DNA of 64,000 bases, from NCBI GenBank assembly GCA_043814545.1, contig JBDRJY010000018.1, positions 18,046-82,045 of the forward strand. The letters are read 5' to 3'. Positions 25,707 through 36,340 of the stretch are shown in pieces. The notes under the pieces were generated by a model. It saw only the letters and a program-made list of their open reading frames with translations. It was not told the origin of the DNA and made no database searches. The DNA comes from an archaeon. GTDB taxonomy: Archaea; Nanobdellota; Nanobdellia; SCGC-AAA011-G17; GW2011-AR17. A program made the position numbers and the translations under genes. The stretch's first letter is position 1. Each line of letters opens with the position of its first letter.

Positions 25707-27422
25707 ATGAAAAAGAGGTGTCTATTATTTATCCTAGCTTTGGTTATGTTGTTAGCTTATTCGGTCTCAGCAGTAGATGTTACATTAATTAGCCCTGATG
25801 ATGCTTATGAGTCTAGCACAAATAGCGTAAGTTTTTCTTGTTCAGCTTCAGCAAATGAATCTAGGACGATTGCTTTCCTATATTTTTGGACGGATGCTTA
25901 TGGTACTTGGGAGAAAAAATATACAAGTAATTTTTCACCTGCACTTTTCCCTTTAATTGATTTACCAAATGGCACTTTTTCTTGGTCTTGTCAGGCAGAA
26001 GATAATTCTTCCAATACTGCGTTTGGTGAAATACGAACATTTACTGTCAATACAACAGTAGAAACAGTAACTTTCACTGGTCCAATAGATAACCAAACTT
26101 GGTCAGAAGACAGTACTAAATCAGATGCATTTGATTTGGATACTTATTTTAGTACTGGACCATATCTGGTAACAGGTAATTCTTTAGTTACTATAACAAT
26201 AGATTCAAACAACGTTGTTTCGTTTTCGGGTCCGGCAAACTGGTCGGGCATTGAAAATGTTATTTTCACTTCAGGATCAACTGAAAGTAATTTGGTAACA
26301 TTAACAATTAACGGTGTTAATGATGCAGCATTATATTCAACAATATCTAATATTACAATAAATAAAAACCAAAATTATACATTAAATCTTTCAGAATATT
26401 TTTGGGACATTGAAGGCGACGAATTAAGTTATTCATCTTCATCATCGCCGAACTTAACAATTTATTTGAACTCAACACAAGCAACTATTATTCCTGACGA
26501 AAATTGGGAAGGTTTAGCTTCAATAATTTTCAAAGCACACGACGGTAATATTTCAACTTCAGCTAATAACATTTCAGTGATAGTAGGTTCCGTTTTAACT
26601 AACAATGCGCCAAGCATTGATTCTTATTCACCAATATCATCAAGTATAGAAATAACTGATCAAGAAACGCAAGCGTTTAGTGTAACTGCATTTGATAATG
26701 ATAATGATACTTTAAGTTATAGTTGGTATATTGATAGTGTTAAAGAAAGTAGTGCTTCAAGTTCTTCGTATACTTATACAGATAAAGAAGTAGGCATACA
26801 TACAATTTTGGTAGCAGTTTTTGATAGTACGACTACAACTAACAAAAGTTGGACATTGACAATTAGTGGCGAAGAATCAGCTGTAGGTTTTTTCGACGTT
26901 GAAGAGCAAGACTTAGAATCAATTATTGATATGACAGCATCAGAAGGTTTCTGTGGCGACGGTGTTACAGCTGATGATGAAACTTGTAGCAATTGCCCGA
27001 ACGATGTCAAATGTGTTGAAGGCCAGGTATGTAAAAACAGCGAATGTGTTGACAAGGCTAGCTTTTCAACAGGTTTAATAATTTTTCTAATTGTCTTAGC
27101 GGTGTTAGGTGCTGTAGGTGCAGGTCTATACTTTCTTTCTATGCGTAAATCCATTTACGAAAATCGGCAAAAAGATAAAATTATACAACAAGAAGAAATA
27201 AAATCTTTGTCTGAGTTAGGTGAACGTCCGCCGTCTGAAATAAATGACTTTTATAAACCATCTTCTCAACCTAAGGTAGTTCCAACAAAGTTAAACCCTT
27301 TGCAAAAATTTATAAAGAACCAGAAGTCACGACACATTACAACTGCTCAAATTAAGAAAAAATTGGCTGCAAAAGGATGGACTGATGAGCAAATTAGTGA
27401 AGCTTTTGAAATTTTAAAATGA
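25707..27422 (+). CDS. Secreted, C-terminally membrane-anchored surface protein with Ig/cadherin-like repeats and a Cys-rich module
   Basis: Signal peptide, repeated NGVNDA/VND-type beta modules, CGDGVTADDETCSNCPNDVKCVEGQVCKNSEC, a TM helix at about 455-477, then a cytoplasmic tail. Confidence 0.6.
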   Translation: MKKRCLLFILALVMLLAYSVSAVDVTLISPDDAYESSTNSVSFSCSASANESRTIAFLYFWTDAYGTWEKKYTSNFSPALFPLIDLPNGTFSWSCQAEDNSSNTAFGEIRTFTVNTTVETVTFTGPIDNQTWSEDSTKSDAFDLDTYFSTGPYLVTGNSLVTITIDSNNVVSFSGPANWSGIENVIFTSGSTESNLVTLTINGVNDAALYSTISNITINKNQNYTLNLSEYFWDIEGDELSYSSSSSPNLTIYLNSTQATIIPDENWEGLASIIFKAHDGNISTSANNISVIVGSVLTNNAPSIDSYSPISSSIEITDQETQAFSVTAFDNDNDTLSYSWYIDSVKESSASSSSYTYTDKEVGIHTILVAVFDSTTTTNKSWTLTISGEESAVGFFDVEEQDLESIIDMTASEGFCGDGVTADDETCSNCPNDVKCVEGQVCKNSECVDKASFSTGLIIFLIVLAVLGAVGAGLYFLSMRKSIYENRQKDKIIQQEEIKSLSELGERPPSEINDFYKPSSQPKVVPTKLNPLQKFIKNQKSRHITTAQIKKKLAAKGWTDEQISEAFEILK

Positions 27423-28459
27423 ATAAGATTGAAATATTAGCAAGGATTCGTAAGGCTTTAGAAACTTGTAAAGACCCGTTATTTTTTTATGACGATGACC
27501 CTGACGGTTTAGCTTCATTTTTATTATTATATAAATTTGCTAAGAAAGGTAAAGGTATTGTATTAAAAGTTGCTTATGGGTCAGACGAAGATTTAATTTT
27601 AAGAAAAATTGATGAATATAAACCTGATTCAGTTTTCATTTTAGACAGGGCAGTGGTTGATCAGGACATTGTTGACCAAATTAACATTCCTACTTATTTG
27701 ATAGATCATCACGGTCCACAGAAAATTCAAGGTGCAACTTATTTTAATCCTCTTTTATTTGATCCTAAAGATTCTAGGCCTACAAGTTACTGGTGTTACA
27801 AAGTTGTTAAAGAGAATTTATGGATTGCAATGACTGGGACTGTTGCTGACTGGTGTGTTTTACAAGATTTAAAGAAAGATTTCATAAAAAGTTATCCTGG
27901 TTATTTGGGAAGAATAAATGATCCTGCTAAAGCATTGCATGAAACTAAAGTAGGCCAGCTTGCAAGAATATTTTGGTTTTGTCTTAAGGGAAAAACTTCA
28001 CAGGTTAACAAATGTATTAACACTTTGGTAAAAATTGATGATCCCAAAGAAATCCTTGAACAAACGACACCGAGAGGGAAATATATTTACAAATATTATG
28101 CAAAAATAAATAGAAATTATGAAACACTTTTACACGATGCAGAAAAATGTTATAAGAAAAAAGATCCTTTGTTAGTTTTTACTTATACTCCAACTTCAAT
28201 GTCATTGACAGCAATTCTTGCAAACGAATTATTATACAAATATCCAGAAAAAATAATTATCATTGCTCGTCAAAATTCTGATAAAGTAATCATGAGTTTG
28301 CGTAGTGCTAAACATCCGATTCTTTCAATGTTAAAGATTGTCTTAGGTAAAGTGAACGGTTACGGCGGTGGTCACACATTAGCATGTGGTGCAACAGTTG
28401 ACCAGACACAGTTTAAAGAATTTATTCGAATGATTAGAGAATCAATAAAAAAAAGGTGA
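27419..28459 (+). CDS. DHH/DHHA1 phosphoesterase (NrnA/RecJ-like)
   Basis: DDDPDG (motif I-II), LIDHHGP (DHH), GGGHTLACGA (DHHA1 GGGH). Confidence 0.75.
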   Translation: MNKIEILARIRKALETCKDPLFFYDDDPDGLASFLLLYKFAKKGKGIVLKVAYGSDEDLILRKIDEYKPDSVFILDRAVVDQDIVDQINIPTYLIDHHGPQKIQGATYFNPLLFDPKDSRPTSYWCYKVVKENLWIAMTGTVADWCVLQDLKKDFIKSYPGYLGRINDPAKALHETKVGQLARIFWFCLKGKTSQVNKCINTLVKIDDPKEILEQTTPRGKYIYKYYAKINRNYETLLHDAEKCYKKKDPLLVFTYTPTSMSLTAILANELLYKYPEKIIIIARQNSDKVIMSLRSAKHPILSMLKIVLGKVNGYGGGHTLACGATVDQTQFKEFIRMIRESIKKR

Positions 28460-28501
28460 AGAAGAATAAAAAAGTTATTATGTTTATTATTAGTTTTAGT
28501 A

Positions 28502-30400
28502 ATGTTACCGTTAGCTTACGCACAGGTGTCTGACTATAATACTTATTCTTCGTTGACTATTGAATCAGATATAACTTCCAGTATTGAAACCCAAAATACA
28601 GGCAACGGTGCAAAGTTAAATTCTTTTACTACAAATTTATCCTTTTTCCCTCGTGAAGATATCTACCAAAAAATTGTTTCACAAACACCAATATCTTCTC
28701 CAGGAGCAACAATAACTGAAACTGAAAATTATTTCCTTTATGAATGGACAACTCCTACAGAGTCAACTTTAACTTACGGGTTAAAAACTCAATTGCAAAT
28801 TAACAATGATTTAACCTTAATAGGTTCTAAAGTACATTTTCCATTCAACTCTTTAACAGAAGACTTGTTAACTTATACTCAACATACAGAAAAGATAGAT
28901 ATTAATGATAGGATAACTGCACAAGCGCAAGAACTTGCTCAAGGTGAAACAGATTTGTTTCATCTTACGTTCAAAGTTGCAGATTGGGTTAAAGAAAACA
29001 TTGAATATAATTTATCGACATTAACACAGGAAGCTGTTCAACCTTCAAGTTGGGTATTGGAAAATGGTCAAGGTGTTTGTGACGAACTAACCAACCTTTA
29101 CATTTCTATGATGCGGTCTTTAGGTGTCCCTGCTCGATTTGTTGCAGGGCAAGCATATACAAATTTAGGTAACGAGTTTGGCAACCATGGTTGGGCAGAA
29201 GTTTATTTCCCTGGTTATGGATGGATACCGTTTGATGTGACTTATGGCCAGCTGGGTTGGGTCGATCCTACTCACATTGTTTACAAACGTTCAATTGACA
29301 GCGGCGAATCTTCAGCTGAATATTTTTGGCGTGCACAAAACATGGACGTTGTGATAGGCCAGTTAAATATAATATCGACGATAATACAATTTAACGGTGA
29401 AGCAACAAAATATATTGAACTTAGCGTCGAACCTTTGACAGACACAGCAGGTCCTGACAGTTATGTGCCAGTAAAAGTTACAGTGAAAAACCTTTACAAC
29501 TTTTATGTTCCAATAACTTTAATGTTTTCTAAGGCACCTGAAATTTATGGCACTAATCAGAAAGCTGTTTTGCTTGAACCTGGCGAAGAAAAAGATGTAT
29601 ACTGGATAATCAAAATCCCATCGGACATTGACCCGTTGTATGTTTACACTTCAACTTTAGAAATTAAATCTGGCCGTGGCCAGTTAGCAGAGTCAAGTAT
29701 AATTTATGGTTCAGGTCATGAAACATACACTAAAGAATTTGCCGAATCAATAGTAGAACAATATGTGCTTCAGGAAAGTGCACCTTTGCTAGACAATGTT
29801 GACCTTAATTGCGAGTTTGACCAAGAATCTTATTATGGTACAGAATCAGCAAATTTAATTTGTAATTTAATTTCTTCAAAATCTCAAAATTTAGAAATTT
29901 GTTTAGTTGAAAATTGTCAAACTTTATCAAATTTTATGGGGACAACGTCTCTGGAATGGTCAATACCTTTGGCAGAGTATTCAACTAAAGTTATGCTTGT
30001 TTATGCGACGGACGGCGAAAGTTACAGATATTCTTATCCAGTCTTAAACATTGTAAAACAACCTAATGTTTTTGTAATTGATTACGATCCTAAGATTTTA
30101 ACATTTGGCGAAAAAACGGATGTAGTTTTTACTGTTAAGACAGATAATTATGCAGAAAATTTAGTTTTAACAATTAAAGGGCAAGGTGGTGCAACAATGG
30201 CAAGTTTACAGGATGAGGTAGACATAACATTGCCTGTTAAAGGATCATATGTATTTGCAGGCAAAATTCCAGTTAAGCTTTTGTACCAGGATACTGCAGG
30301 TAAAAATTACGAAGTTGAGCAATCCTTAGAAATAACAGTAGAAAATATACCTTGGATATTAGAATTTTACTTAAAAATAGTAAGTTTGTTTTCAGATTAG
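28502..30400 (+). CDS. Transglutaminase-like (Cys-His-Asp) domain surface protein
   Basis: GQGVCDELTNLYISMMRSLGVPARFVAG...GNHGWAEVYF...WIPFD catalytic core. The in-frame upstream 28460-28501 codes KKLLCLLVLV, a signal-peptide h-region, without a canonical start. Confidence 0.75.
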   Translation: MLPLAYAQVSDYNTYSSLTIESDITSSIETQNTGNGAKLNSFTTNLSFFPREDIYQKIVSQTPISSPGATITETENYFLYEWTTPTESTLTYGLKTQLQINNDLTLIGSKVHFPFNSLTEDLLTYTQHTEKIDINDRITAQAQELAQGETDLFHLTFKVADWVKENIEYNLSTLTQEAVQPSSWVLENGQGVCDELTNLYISMMRSLGVPARFVAGQAYTNLGNEFGNHGWAEVYFPGYGWIPFDVTYGQLGWVDPTHIVYKRSIDSGESSAEYFWRAQNMDVVIGQLNIISTIIQFNGEATKYIELSVEPLTDTAGPDSYVPVKVTVKNLYNFYVPITLMFSKAPEIYGTNQKAVLLEPGEEKDVYWIIKIPSDIDPLYVYTSTLEIKSGRGQLAESSIIYGSGHETYTKEFAESIVEQYVLQESAPLLDNVDLNCEFDQESYYGTESANLICNLISSKSQNLEICLVENCQTLSNFMGTTSLEWSIPLAEYSTKVMLVYATDGESYRYSYPVLNIVKQPNVFVIDYDPKILTFGEKTDVVFTVKTDNYAENLVLTIKGQGGATMASLQDEVDITLPVKGSYVFAGKIPVKLLYQDTAGKNYEVEQSLEITVENIPWILEFYLKIVSLFSD

Positions 30401-30515
30401 TTGCGTTTTTAAAAAGATATCATTCTATTATAACAAAACTTATATAGCAATAATTAGTTCACCAACTAACGATTAACAAAAAGCGAGGTGTATTAAAATT
30501 ATCACAAAAGTACTT

Positions 30516-30713
30516 TTGGTATTACTGGGATTGATTATAGTTTTTTTAGTGGTGTATAGTATGCGTAGTGAAACACCAGAACGGTTGTATAAACGCGCGT
30601 CAAAACTGCATGGAAAAGGTGAGAAAGCTTATAATTCTGGCCATTACGATTTGGCTGAAGCATTTTATAACAATGCTAACGAGTTACGTAAAATGGCTAG
30701 GGGGAATGATTAA
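30516..30713 (+). CDS. small membrane protein
   Basis: One TM helix; 65 aa. Confidence 0.35.
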   Translation: MVLLGLIIVFLVVYSMRSETPERLYKRASKLHGKGEKAYNSGHYDLAEAFYNNANELRKMARGND

Positions 30714-30715
30714 TA

Positions 30716-31417
30716 ATGGAATGGTATGAAGAATTGGATTACGATGAAAATCCTCTTAAGATTGAGACAAAAATTGTTGGAAACGAAGGTGTTATTGACG
30801 AAATTTTTTATTCAATCCTTTCAGGAAACATGTTGTTCCTTGAAGGCGCTGAAGGTATGGGCAAGACAAAGATTCTTGGTGAAATAATCAAAAAGTTTGG
30901 CGGCCGGCGTAAAATAATTTACGTTAACTGTCGAACATTGCAAGCAGGGTTAAATATTGAAAAACTTCTTGTTAACTGTAACGGTCTTTTAGGAAAAATT
31001 TTAAAAAGAAAACCTAAAAATATGATACTTTTGCTTGATGAGATTGAATTTTTATCTAAGACTAACCGTGAACGGATTAAATATTATTTTGATCAAAATT
31101 ATTTACGATCAGTAATCTTTTCAAGTCGCCAGTTTGAAAATGTTGAGCTAGGTGAAAGTATTAAGGAACGGCTTAGTAAAGTGGTCAAGGTTGAATCTCT
31201 TTCAGATTATGAAGCAGTTCAACTAATTCATAATAAGATTGGCACAAACTTGTTATCAGAACGTTTGATTAAAGAAGTATATAAACTTTCAAATAAGAAC
31301 CCACAAATGTTCTTGGACAATTGTAACAAAGTTTGTTCGCAAGCAATAAAAAACCCGGAATTGAAAGAAGATGATGTACAATCAATTGTTTCAAGCCAGG
31401 AGGTAGTAGCACAATGA
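30716..31417 (+). CDS. ExeA/GspA-like AAA+ (AAA_22) ATPase, paralog 1
   Basis: N-terminal NP motif, Walker A GAEGMGKTK, Walker B LLLDEIE. Confidence 0.5.
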   Translation: MEWYEELDYDENPLKIETKIVGNEGVIDEIFYSILSGNMLFLEGAEGMGKTKILGEIIKKFGGRRKIIYVNCRTLQAGLNIEKLLVNCNGLLGKILKRKPKNMILLLDEIEFLSKTNRERIKYYFDQNYLRSVIFSSRQFENVELGESIKERLSKVVKVESLSDYEAVQLIHNKIGTNLLSERLIKEVYKLSNKNPQMFLDNCNKVCSQAIKNPELKEDDVQSIVSSQEVVAQ

Positions 31418-32487
31418 ATAATTTATGGTATAAACAACTAGGATTTAATAATAACCCGTTTAGTATTAAACCAGCTATTTTTAGCGATGAATTGCTTGGC
31501 CTTGACAAGCTTATGGACGAAATTGCTTATCATATTTTAACAAATAAATTAATTTTTATTGAGGGTAATTTTGGAGAAGGTAAAACTACTATGTTGAAAC
31601 GTTTGATAAAAGACTTCGGCGGTAAAAAACAAGTTATCTATTTCAGTTGCAACCGTCTTGATAGTAGGTTAGACGTTGACAGGTTGTTAACTGGACGTTA
31701 TGGTTTTTTGGGAAAGTTGTTTAACAAAAAAGGTAAGGACATGATTCTTTTACTTGACGAAGCTCAAGGTCTTACAAAGAAAGACGCTGAAAACTTGTAT
31801 TCACACTTTTTAGGCGGTTACTTTAAGTCTATAATCTTTGTTGGTGTAGAATATAATAAAGAAAACTTTACTGACAAGGTTAACAAAGAGATGAAACTTT
31901 TCACGTTACCTCAGCTAAATAAAGAAGATGCAGTACAAATTATTAAAAAACGTGCTGGCGACTTTGAAATGTTAACTGGTGACGTTGTTGAATTAATCTT
32001 TGAAAGATCAGGTAAAAATGTACGTCGTATGTTAAAAAACTGTGAAATGCTTTGTAGGAGAGCATATTCATTTGGTGAAACTGGGGTTACGGCAAAACTT
32101 ATTGAAGAAATGTTGCCTGATGTTAAGAAAAAAGTTAAGAAAGTATTAAAGGTAAGTAAAAAGAAAATTTCAGATGCAAGTCAAAAGTCGGAAAAACCAG
32201 ATGTTTTAATTGAAGAGATAAAAGTTAAAAAAACTAAAAAGTTTGTTCCTAAAAAGAAAAAAGAAGTTGAAGAAATCTTAGAGGAAGCAGGTATTCCTGC
32301 AAATTCTAAAAAGAAAGAGATTAAAATCGAAATTATTGAAGAAGAAGATGATGACGATGATTTAGAAGATGATCAAGAAATTTTCAACAAAAAGCAGGCA
32401 AATCTGGAAAAGATAGCTCCACATGCAATGGAAGAAGCCTTGAATCGTCCAACTGAAGAACTTTTATCTGATGAACAGTACTATTAA
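31414..32487 (+). CDS. ExeA/GspA-like AAA+ (AAA_22) ATPase, paralog 2, with K/E/D-rich C-terminal tail
   Basis: LGFNNNPFSIKP N-terminus (ExeA-like NPF), Walker A GNFGEGKTT, Walker B LLLDEAQ; ATGA overlap with paralog 1. Confidence 0.55.
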   Translation: MNNLWYKQLGFNNNPFSIKPAIFSDELLGLDKLMDEIAYHILTNKLIFIEGNFGEGKTTMLKRLIKDFGGKKQVIYFSCNRLDSRLDVDRLLTGRYGFLGKLFNKKGKDMILLLDEAQGLTKKDAENLYSHFLGGYFKSIIFVGVEYNKENFTDKVNKEMKLFTLPQLNKEDAVQIIKKRAGDFEMLTGDVVELIFERSGKNVRRMLKNCEMLCRRAYSFGETGVTAKLIEEMLPDVKKKVKKVLKVSKKKISDASQKSEKPDVLIEEIKVKKTKKFVPKKKKEVEEILEEAGIPANSKKKEIKIEIIEEEDDDDDLEDDQEIFNKKQANLEKIAPHAMEEALNRPTEELLSDEQYY

Positions 32488-32905
32488 AATGACTAACTTC
32501 ATAAAAACAATTGGAACAAGCTTAGCTTCTGTTTCTTTAGGTTTATTTTTAATGGGGGCTAACCCTTACCAAGAAATGAAACCTTTTGAAATTGAAACAG
32601 GAGATAAGAAAGCTTATTTTAGTTTAGAATCAGACGGGCGTAGAGTTTTAGAACAAAATGTTGTTGCAGGTGAAGATGATTATATGTTGGTGATAGCTGA
32701 ATACGACGGCAATAATAACGATATTGATATTGTTACAATACGTGCTGAAGATCATTTTCATTATATTTCGCAAGAAACCCAACCAGATTTATGGCAAAAA
32801 TGTCAAGATTCATTTAACCAGGCACATACCTATGTACAGCAGGAAGGGTTATACATAACATACGCTAATCTTTTCAAAGATATCCAATTTAGTCTGTTCA
32901 AATAA
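32471..32905 (+). CDS. hypothetical protein with N-terminal signal/TM
   Basis: 144-aa ORF. Confidence 0.4.
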   Translation: MNSTIKMTNFIKTIGTSLASVSLGLFLMGANPYQEMKPFEIETGDKKAYFSLESDGRRVLEQNVVAGEDDYMLVIAEYDGNNNDIDIVTIRAEDHFHYISQETQPDLWQKCQDSFNQAHTYVQQEGLYITYANLFKDIQFSLFK

Positions 32906-32945
32906 GGTTAATTTTATAAACTTGCGTTAGTTTTTCTTTTATATT

Positions 32946-33515
32946 ATGTATATAGACGTAGTATCTTTTGATGAAAGCGGTTTTGATTTAGGATTTGTAA
33001 ATTATAAAGTTGAAATTTTGACAGAATTAAAACAATTAAAAAAAATCAAGAATGGTACTGTGGTTATTTTTGAAGGTTCAACCAACGAAATTAACCGTCA
33101 AGCTATGGAAACTGGCAGAGTTGATATTTTGTTAAGCCCAGAAAAACATTGTCATAAAGATTTTATGCATCACAGAAACTCTGGCTTAAACCAGGTCTTA
33201 TGCAACATTGCAAACAAGAAAAAAACAGCCATCGGCATATCCCTGAATGATCTTTTATATTTGGAAAACCGTGGACAGCGTATGGGCAGAATTATGCAAA
33301 ATGTTAAGCTTTGTAAAAAATATAAAGTTAAATTAGTTTTTGCTTCATTTGCTAAAGACAAGTTTGGTCAACGTCCTGTAAAAGATATGTTAGCCATTGC
33401 AAAAACTTTAGGCATGACTGACAAGCAAGCCAAAGAATCTTTGGAAGCATTAGCGCAAATTATAAATAATAAGAAAGTATTATTTATAGCAAAAGGGGTA
33501 AAATTAGTGAAATGA
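32946..33515 (+). CDS. Possible RNase P protein component Rpp30/Rnp3 (TIM-barrel PHP-like)
   Basis: Size and the GRVDILLSPE motif resemble RNase_P_p30; weak. Confidence 0.35.
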   Translation: MYIDVVSFDESGFDLGFVNYKVEILTELKQLKKIKNGTVVIFEGSTNEINRQAMETGRVDILLSPEKHCHKDFMHHRNSGLNQVLCNIANKKKTAIGISLNDLLYLENRGQRMGRIMQNVKLCKKYKVKLVFASFAKDKFGQRPVKDMLAIAKTLGMTDKQAKESLEALAQIINNKKVLFIAKGVKLVK

Positions 33516-36340
33516 TAAAAAGAGGGATGATTTTGTTTATAGTATTCTTGTTAACTTTAAGTTTAGCCACAGCTTTAGATATTTACGAGCCTGATGATAA
33601 TTTTGGCAACGCAACTTATTTAGAAATTAATAGTGATTGGCAGTTTCACGACTTTAATTCTACTGAATTTAATGTAACAGAAGATAATGATTATGTAAAG
33701 TTTAACGCAACTGCTGGTAAAGAATATGTGATTGAAACCCAAGCTTTAGAATCTTATGACGAAGCTGATACTTACATTTACTTGTATTACGAGAATGGAA
33801 CTTTGATTGATACTAATGACGATATTCAGAACGGTTTAATTCGAGACTCAAGATTAACTTTAACTGCAACTAATGATATGACTTATTATGTTTGGATAAA
33901 AGAATATTACAGTCAGCAAGGGGGAAAATATAATATAAGAGTACATGAACCTTTCGGAATTTTGGTTCCATACATTGTTTATCCGACGGAAAATCTTAAT
34001 GTAAGCCAATATACAGTTTTCAACGTCACGTTGGGTTTCCAATGTATTGGTGGAATATGTATGGATGTTGACGTTTACCTCGACCCTAAAGAAAACAAAG
34101 ATAACAAAGTTGAAAAACGAATATTTGAAACTTTAGAAAATGCTAACGAAGTTAGCGTGATTGTTAAGTTTAAAGACGATGTTTCGCAATTGCAAGATTT
34201 TGATTTAGAACACGAGCTTGAAACAGTTAACATGGTTACTGGAATTGTAAATGAGCAAGGTTTGGAAAACTTGCAAAAGTCTGACAAGGTTGAAAAAGTT
34301 TTTTACAACAGGCCAATAAGTTTATTCTTGGACCAAAGCATTCCTTTCATTAACGCTGACGATGTTTGGACACGGCAGCTTAACGGTTTAAACATAACTG
34401 GTGAAGGTTATAGTGTTTGTGTTTTAGACACAGGTATTAATTATCAGCATGAAGCTTTCGGTTCATGTAATCAAACAAATAATATCAGTGATGGTTCTTG
34501 CGAAAAAGTTATTGCTGGTTACGATTTTGTTAATAACGACGCAGATCCAATGGCTGACCACGAACATGGTACACACGTTGCAGGTATTGTTGCATCAGAA
34601 AATACAACTTATCCTGGTGTAGCACCCGGGGCAAAGATTGTAGCTATAAAAGTTTTAGATTCTAGTGGTAACGGTAATTTGGCAAATTTGTTGGCAGGCA
34701 TGGATTGGTGCATTTCTAAAGCAGACGTTTACAACATTTCAGTTTTATCTTTAAGCCTAGGGGACAACACACAATTATTTACAGAACCTTGCAACCTTAT
34801 GCCTGAAGCTGAAACAATTAATCGGGCAGTTGAAAATGGTATTCTTGTAACAATTGCTTCTGGTAACGAAGGGCAGAGTGACAGAATATCTGTGCCTGGC
34901 TGTGTTGAAAATGCTACAACTGTTGGTTCAGTAACTTTGTCTGACGGCTTTTCATCTTTCGGGAATAGGGCAAATTTCTTAGACATTTTAGCACCAGGGA
35001 ACAGTATTTTTGCACCTTACGGAACAAGTTACACTTCATTATCAGGCACGTCAATGGCAACACCTCACGTGGCAGGCGCAGCAGTTTTGGTTAAACAATG
35101 GTTTAAACAAAAATATGATCGCGATTTAACAGCTTATGATTTGAATAAACTTTTGAAATATCCAGGAAAAACTTTGACAGAAAATTCAATTGATTACAAA
35201 AGGTTAGATGTTTTATCTGCAATAGATGCTAAAGGTCTTGTACCGACGGAATACGCTGAGCCGTTTTATACACTTTCGTCTAATCCTGCAATTGATTCTT
35301 GTTTAATGTTTATAGCAGAAAACGAAACATGTAATCAGACTTGGATTGTTAACGCTACTGGCGAAGAAGGGACATGGCAATTTTTTGGAATTTATGGAAT
35401 GGAAAATGATTGGTACGAATCACCAAAGTTCAATGTTACAATTTATGTACCTGTTCCCCCACCTAACATCGAACCAAACTTTACGCAAAACATTTCTGAC
35501 ATAGAATTTGTTGAAGATAATCCTTACTTATTAAATTTGACAGACAACTTTTATGATACTGAAGAATTGACATATAGTTTATTCAACATTACTAATTTAA
35601 CTTTAACACAAAATGGAACAATAGCAAATTTAACATCTGACTTAAACTTTAATGGTATAAAAGAAATTCAAATCACTGCAACTGATTCGATTAATCAATC
35701 TGTAATAAGTAACATTTTCATTGTAAACATTACAGCTGTTAACGACGCACCAGTTTTATCAGAAATTGCAAACGTTTCAATCATAATAACTGAATCTGTA
35801 CAAATTAATGCGGAAGCTACAGATGTTGACAGTATAAATTTAACTTTTACTTACGAATCTCCTTTGAACGCTTCAGGCTTTTGGCAAACGACTGACAGCG
35901 ATGCAGGAAATTATACATTAAACGTAACAGTTTATGACGGAGAATTAACAGATTCTAGGTTTGTAACAATTTTTGTTTCATCTAACATAACGACTGAAGA
36001 AGAACCTGAAGAATCTAATGTTGTAACCTCTGATGAAGAAGAAGAGGAAGAAGTTTCTGGCGGCGGCGGCGGTTATGTTCCAACATCTAATGACGATGAA
36101 GAAGAGGAAGAAGATGAACCAGTACCTTCAATTATTAAAGAATCTGAAGAAGATTTAAACACAACTATTGGTTTAGAAAACGAAATAGGTTCAACACCTA
36201 CAGGATTCTTTTCAACAAATATACCACGGTTTGGAACTTTCTTAAACAAAAACAATTTACATTACATTTTAGCTTTTTTAATTGTATTAGCAGGTGTGGC
36301 AATGTCGATAGTATTTAACGAGAAACACAAAAAGCAATAG
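33512..36340 (+). CDS. Secreted S8 subtilisin-like serine protease with C-terminal cadherin-like repeats, acidic linker and TM anchor
   Basis: Catalytic triad contexts VLDTGI (Asp), HGTHVAGIV (His), GTSMATPHVAG (Ser); VNDAP repeats; E/D-rich plus GGGGG linker; C-terminal TM. Confidence 0.85.
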   Translation: MIKRGMILFIVFLLTLSLATALDIYEPDDNFGNATYLEINSDWQFHDFNSTEFNVTEDNDYVKFNATAGKEYVIETQALESYDEADTYIYLYYENGTLIDTNDDIQNGLIRDSRLTLTATNDMTYYVWIKEYYSQQGGKYNIRVHEPFGILVPYIVYPTENLNVSQYTVFNVTLGFQCIGGICMDVDVYLDPKENKDNKVEKRIFETLENANEVSVIVKFKDDVSQLQDFDLEHELETVNMVTGIVNEQGLENLQKSDKVEKVFYNRPISLFLDQSIPFINADDVWTRQLNGLNITGEGYSVCVLDTGINYQHEAFGSCNQTNNISDGSCEKVIAGYDFVNNDADPMADHEHGTHVAGIVASENTTYPGVAPGAKIVAIKVLDSSGNGNLANLLAGMDWCISKADVYNISVLSLSLGDNTQLFTEPCNLMPEAETINRAVENGILVTIASGNEGQSDRISVPGCVENATTVGSVTLSDGFSSFGNRANFLDILAPGNSIFAPYGTSYTSLSGTSMATPHVAGAAVLVKQWFKQKYDRDLTAYDLNKLLKYPGKTLTENSIDYKRLDVLSAIDAKGLVPTEYAEPFYTLSSNPAIDSCLMFIAENETCNQTWIVNATGEEGTWQFFGIYGMENDWYESPKFNVTIYVPVPPPNIEPNFTQNISDIEFVEDNPYLLNLTDNFYDTEELTYSLFNITNLTLTQNGTIANLTSDLNFNGIKEIQITATDSINQSVISNIFIVNITAVNDAPVLSEIANVSIIITESVQINAEATDVDSINLTFTYESPLNASGFWQTTDSDAGNYTLNVTVYDGELTDSRFVTIFVSSNITTEEEPEESNVVTSDEEEEEEVSGGGGGYVPTSNDDEEEEEDEPVPSIIKESEEDLNTTIGLENEIGSTPTGFFSTNIPRFGTFLNKNNLHYILAFLIVLAGVAMSIVFNEKHKKQ

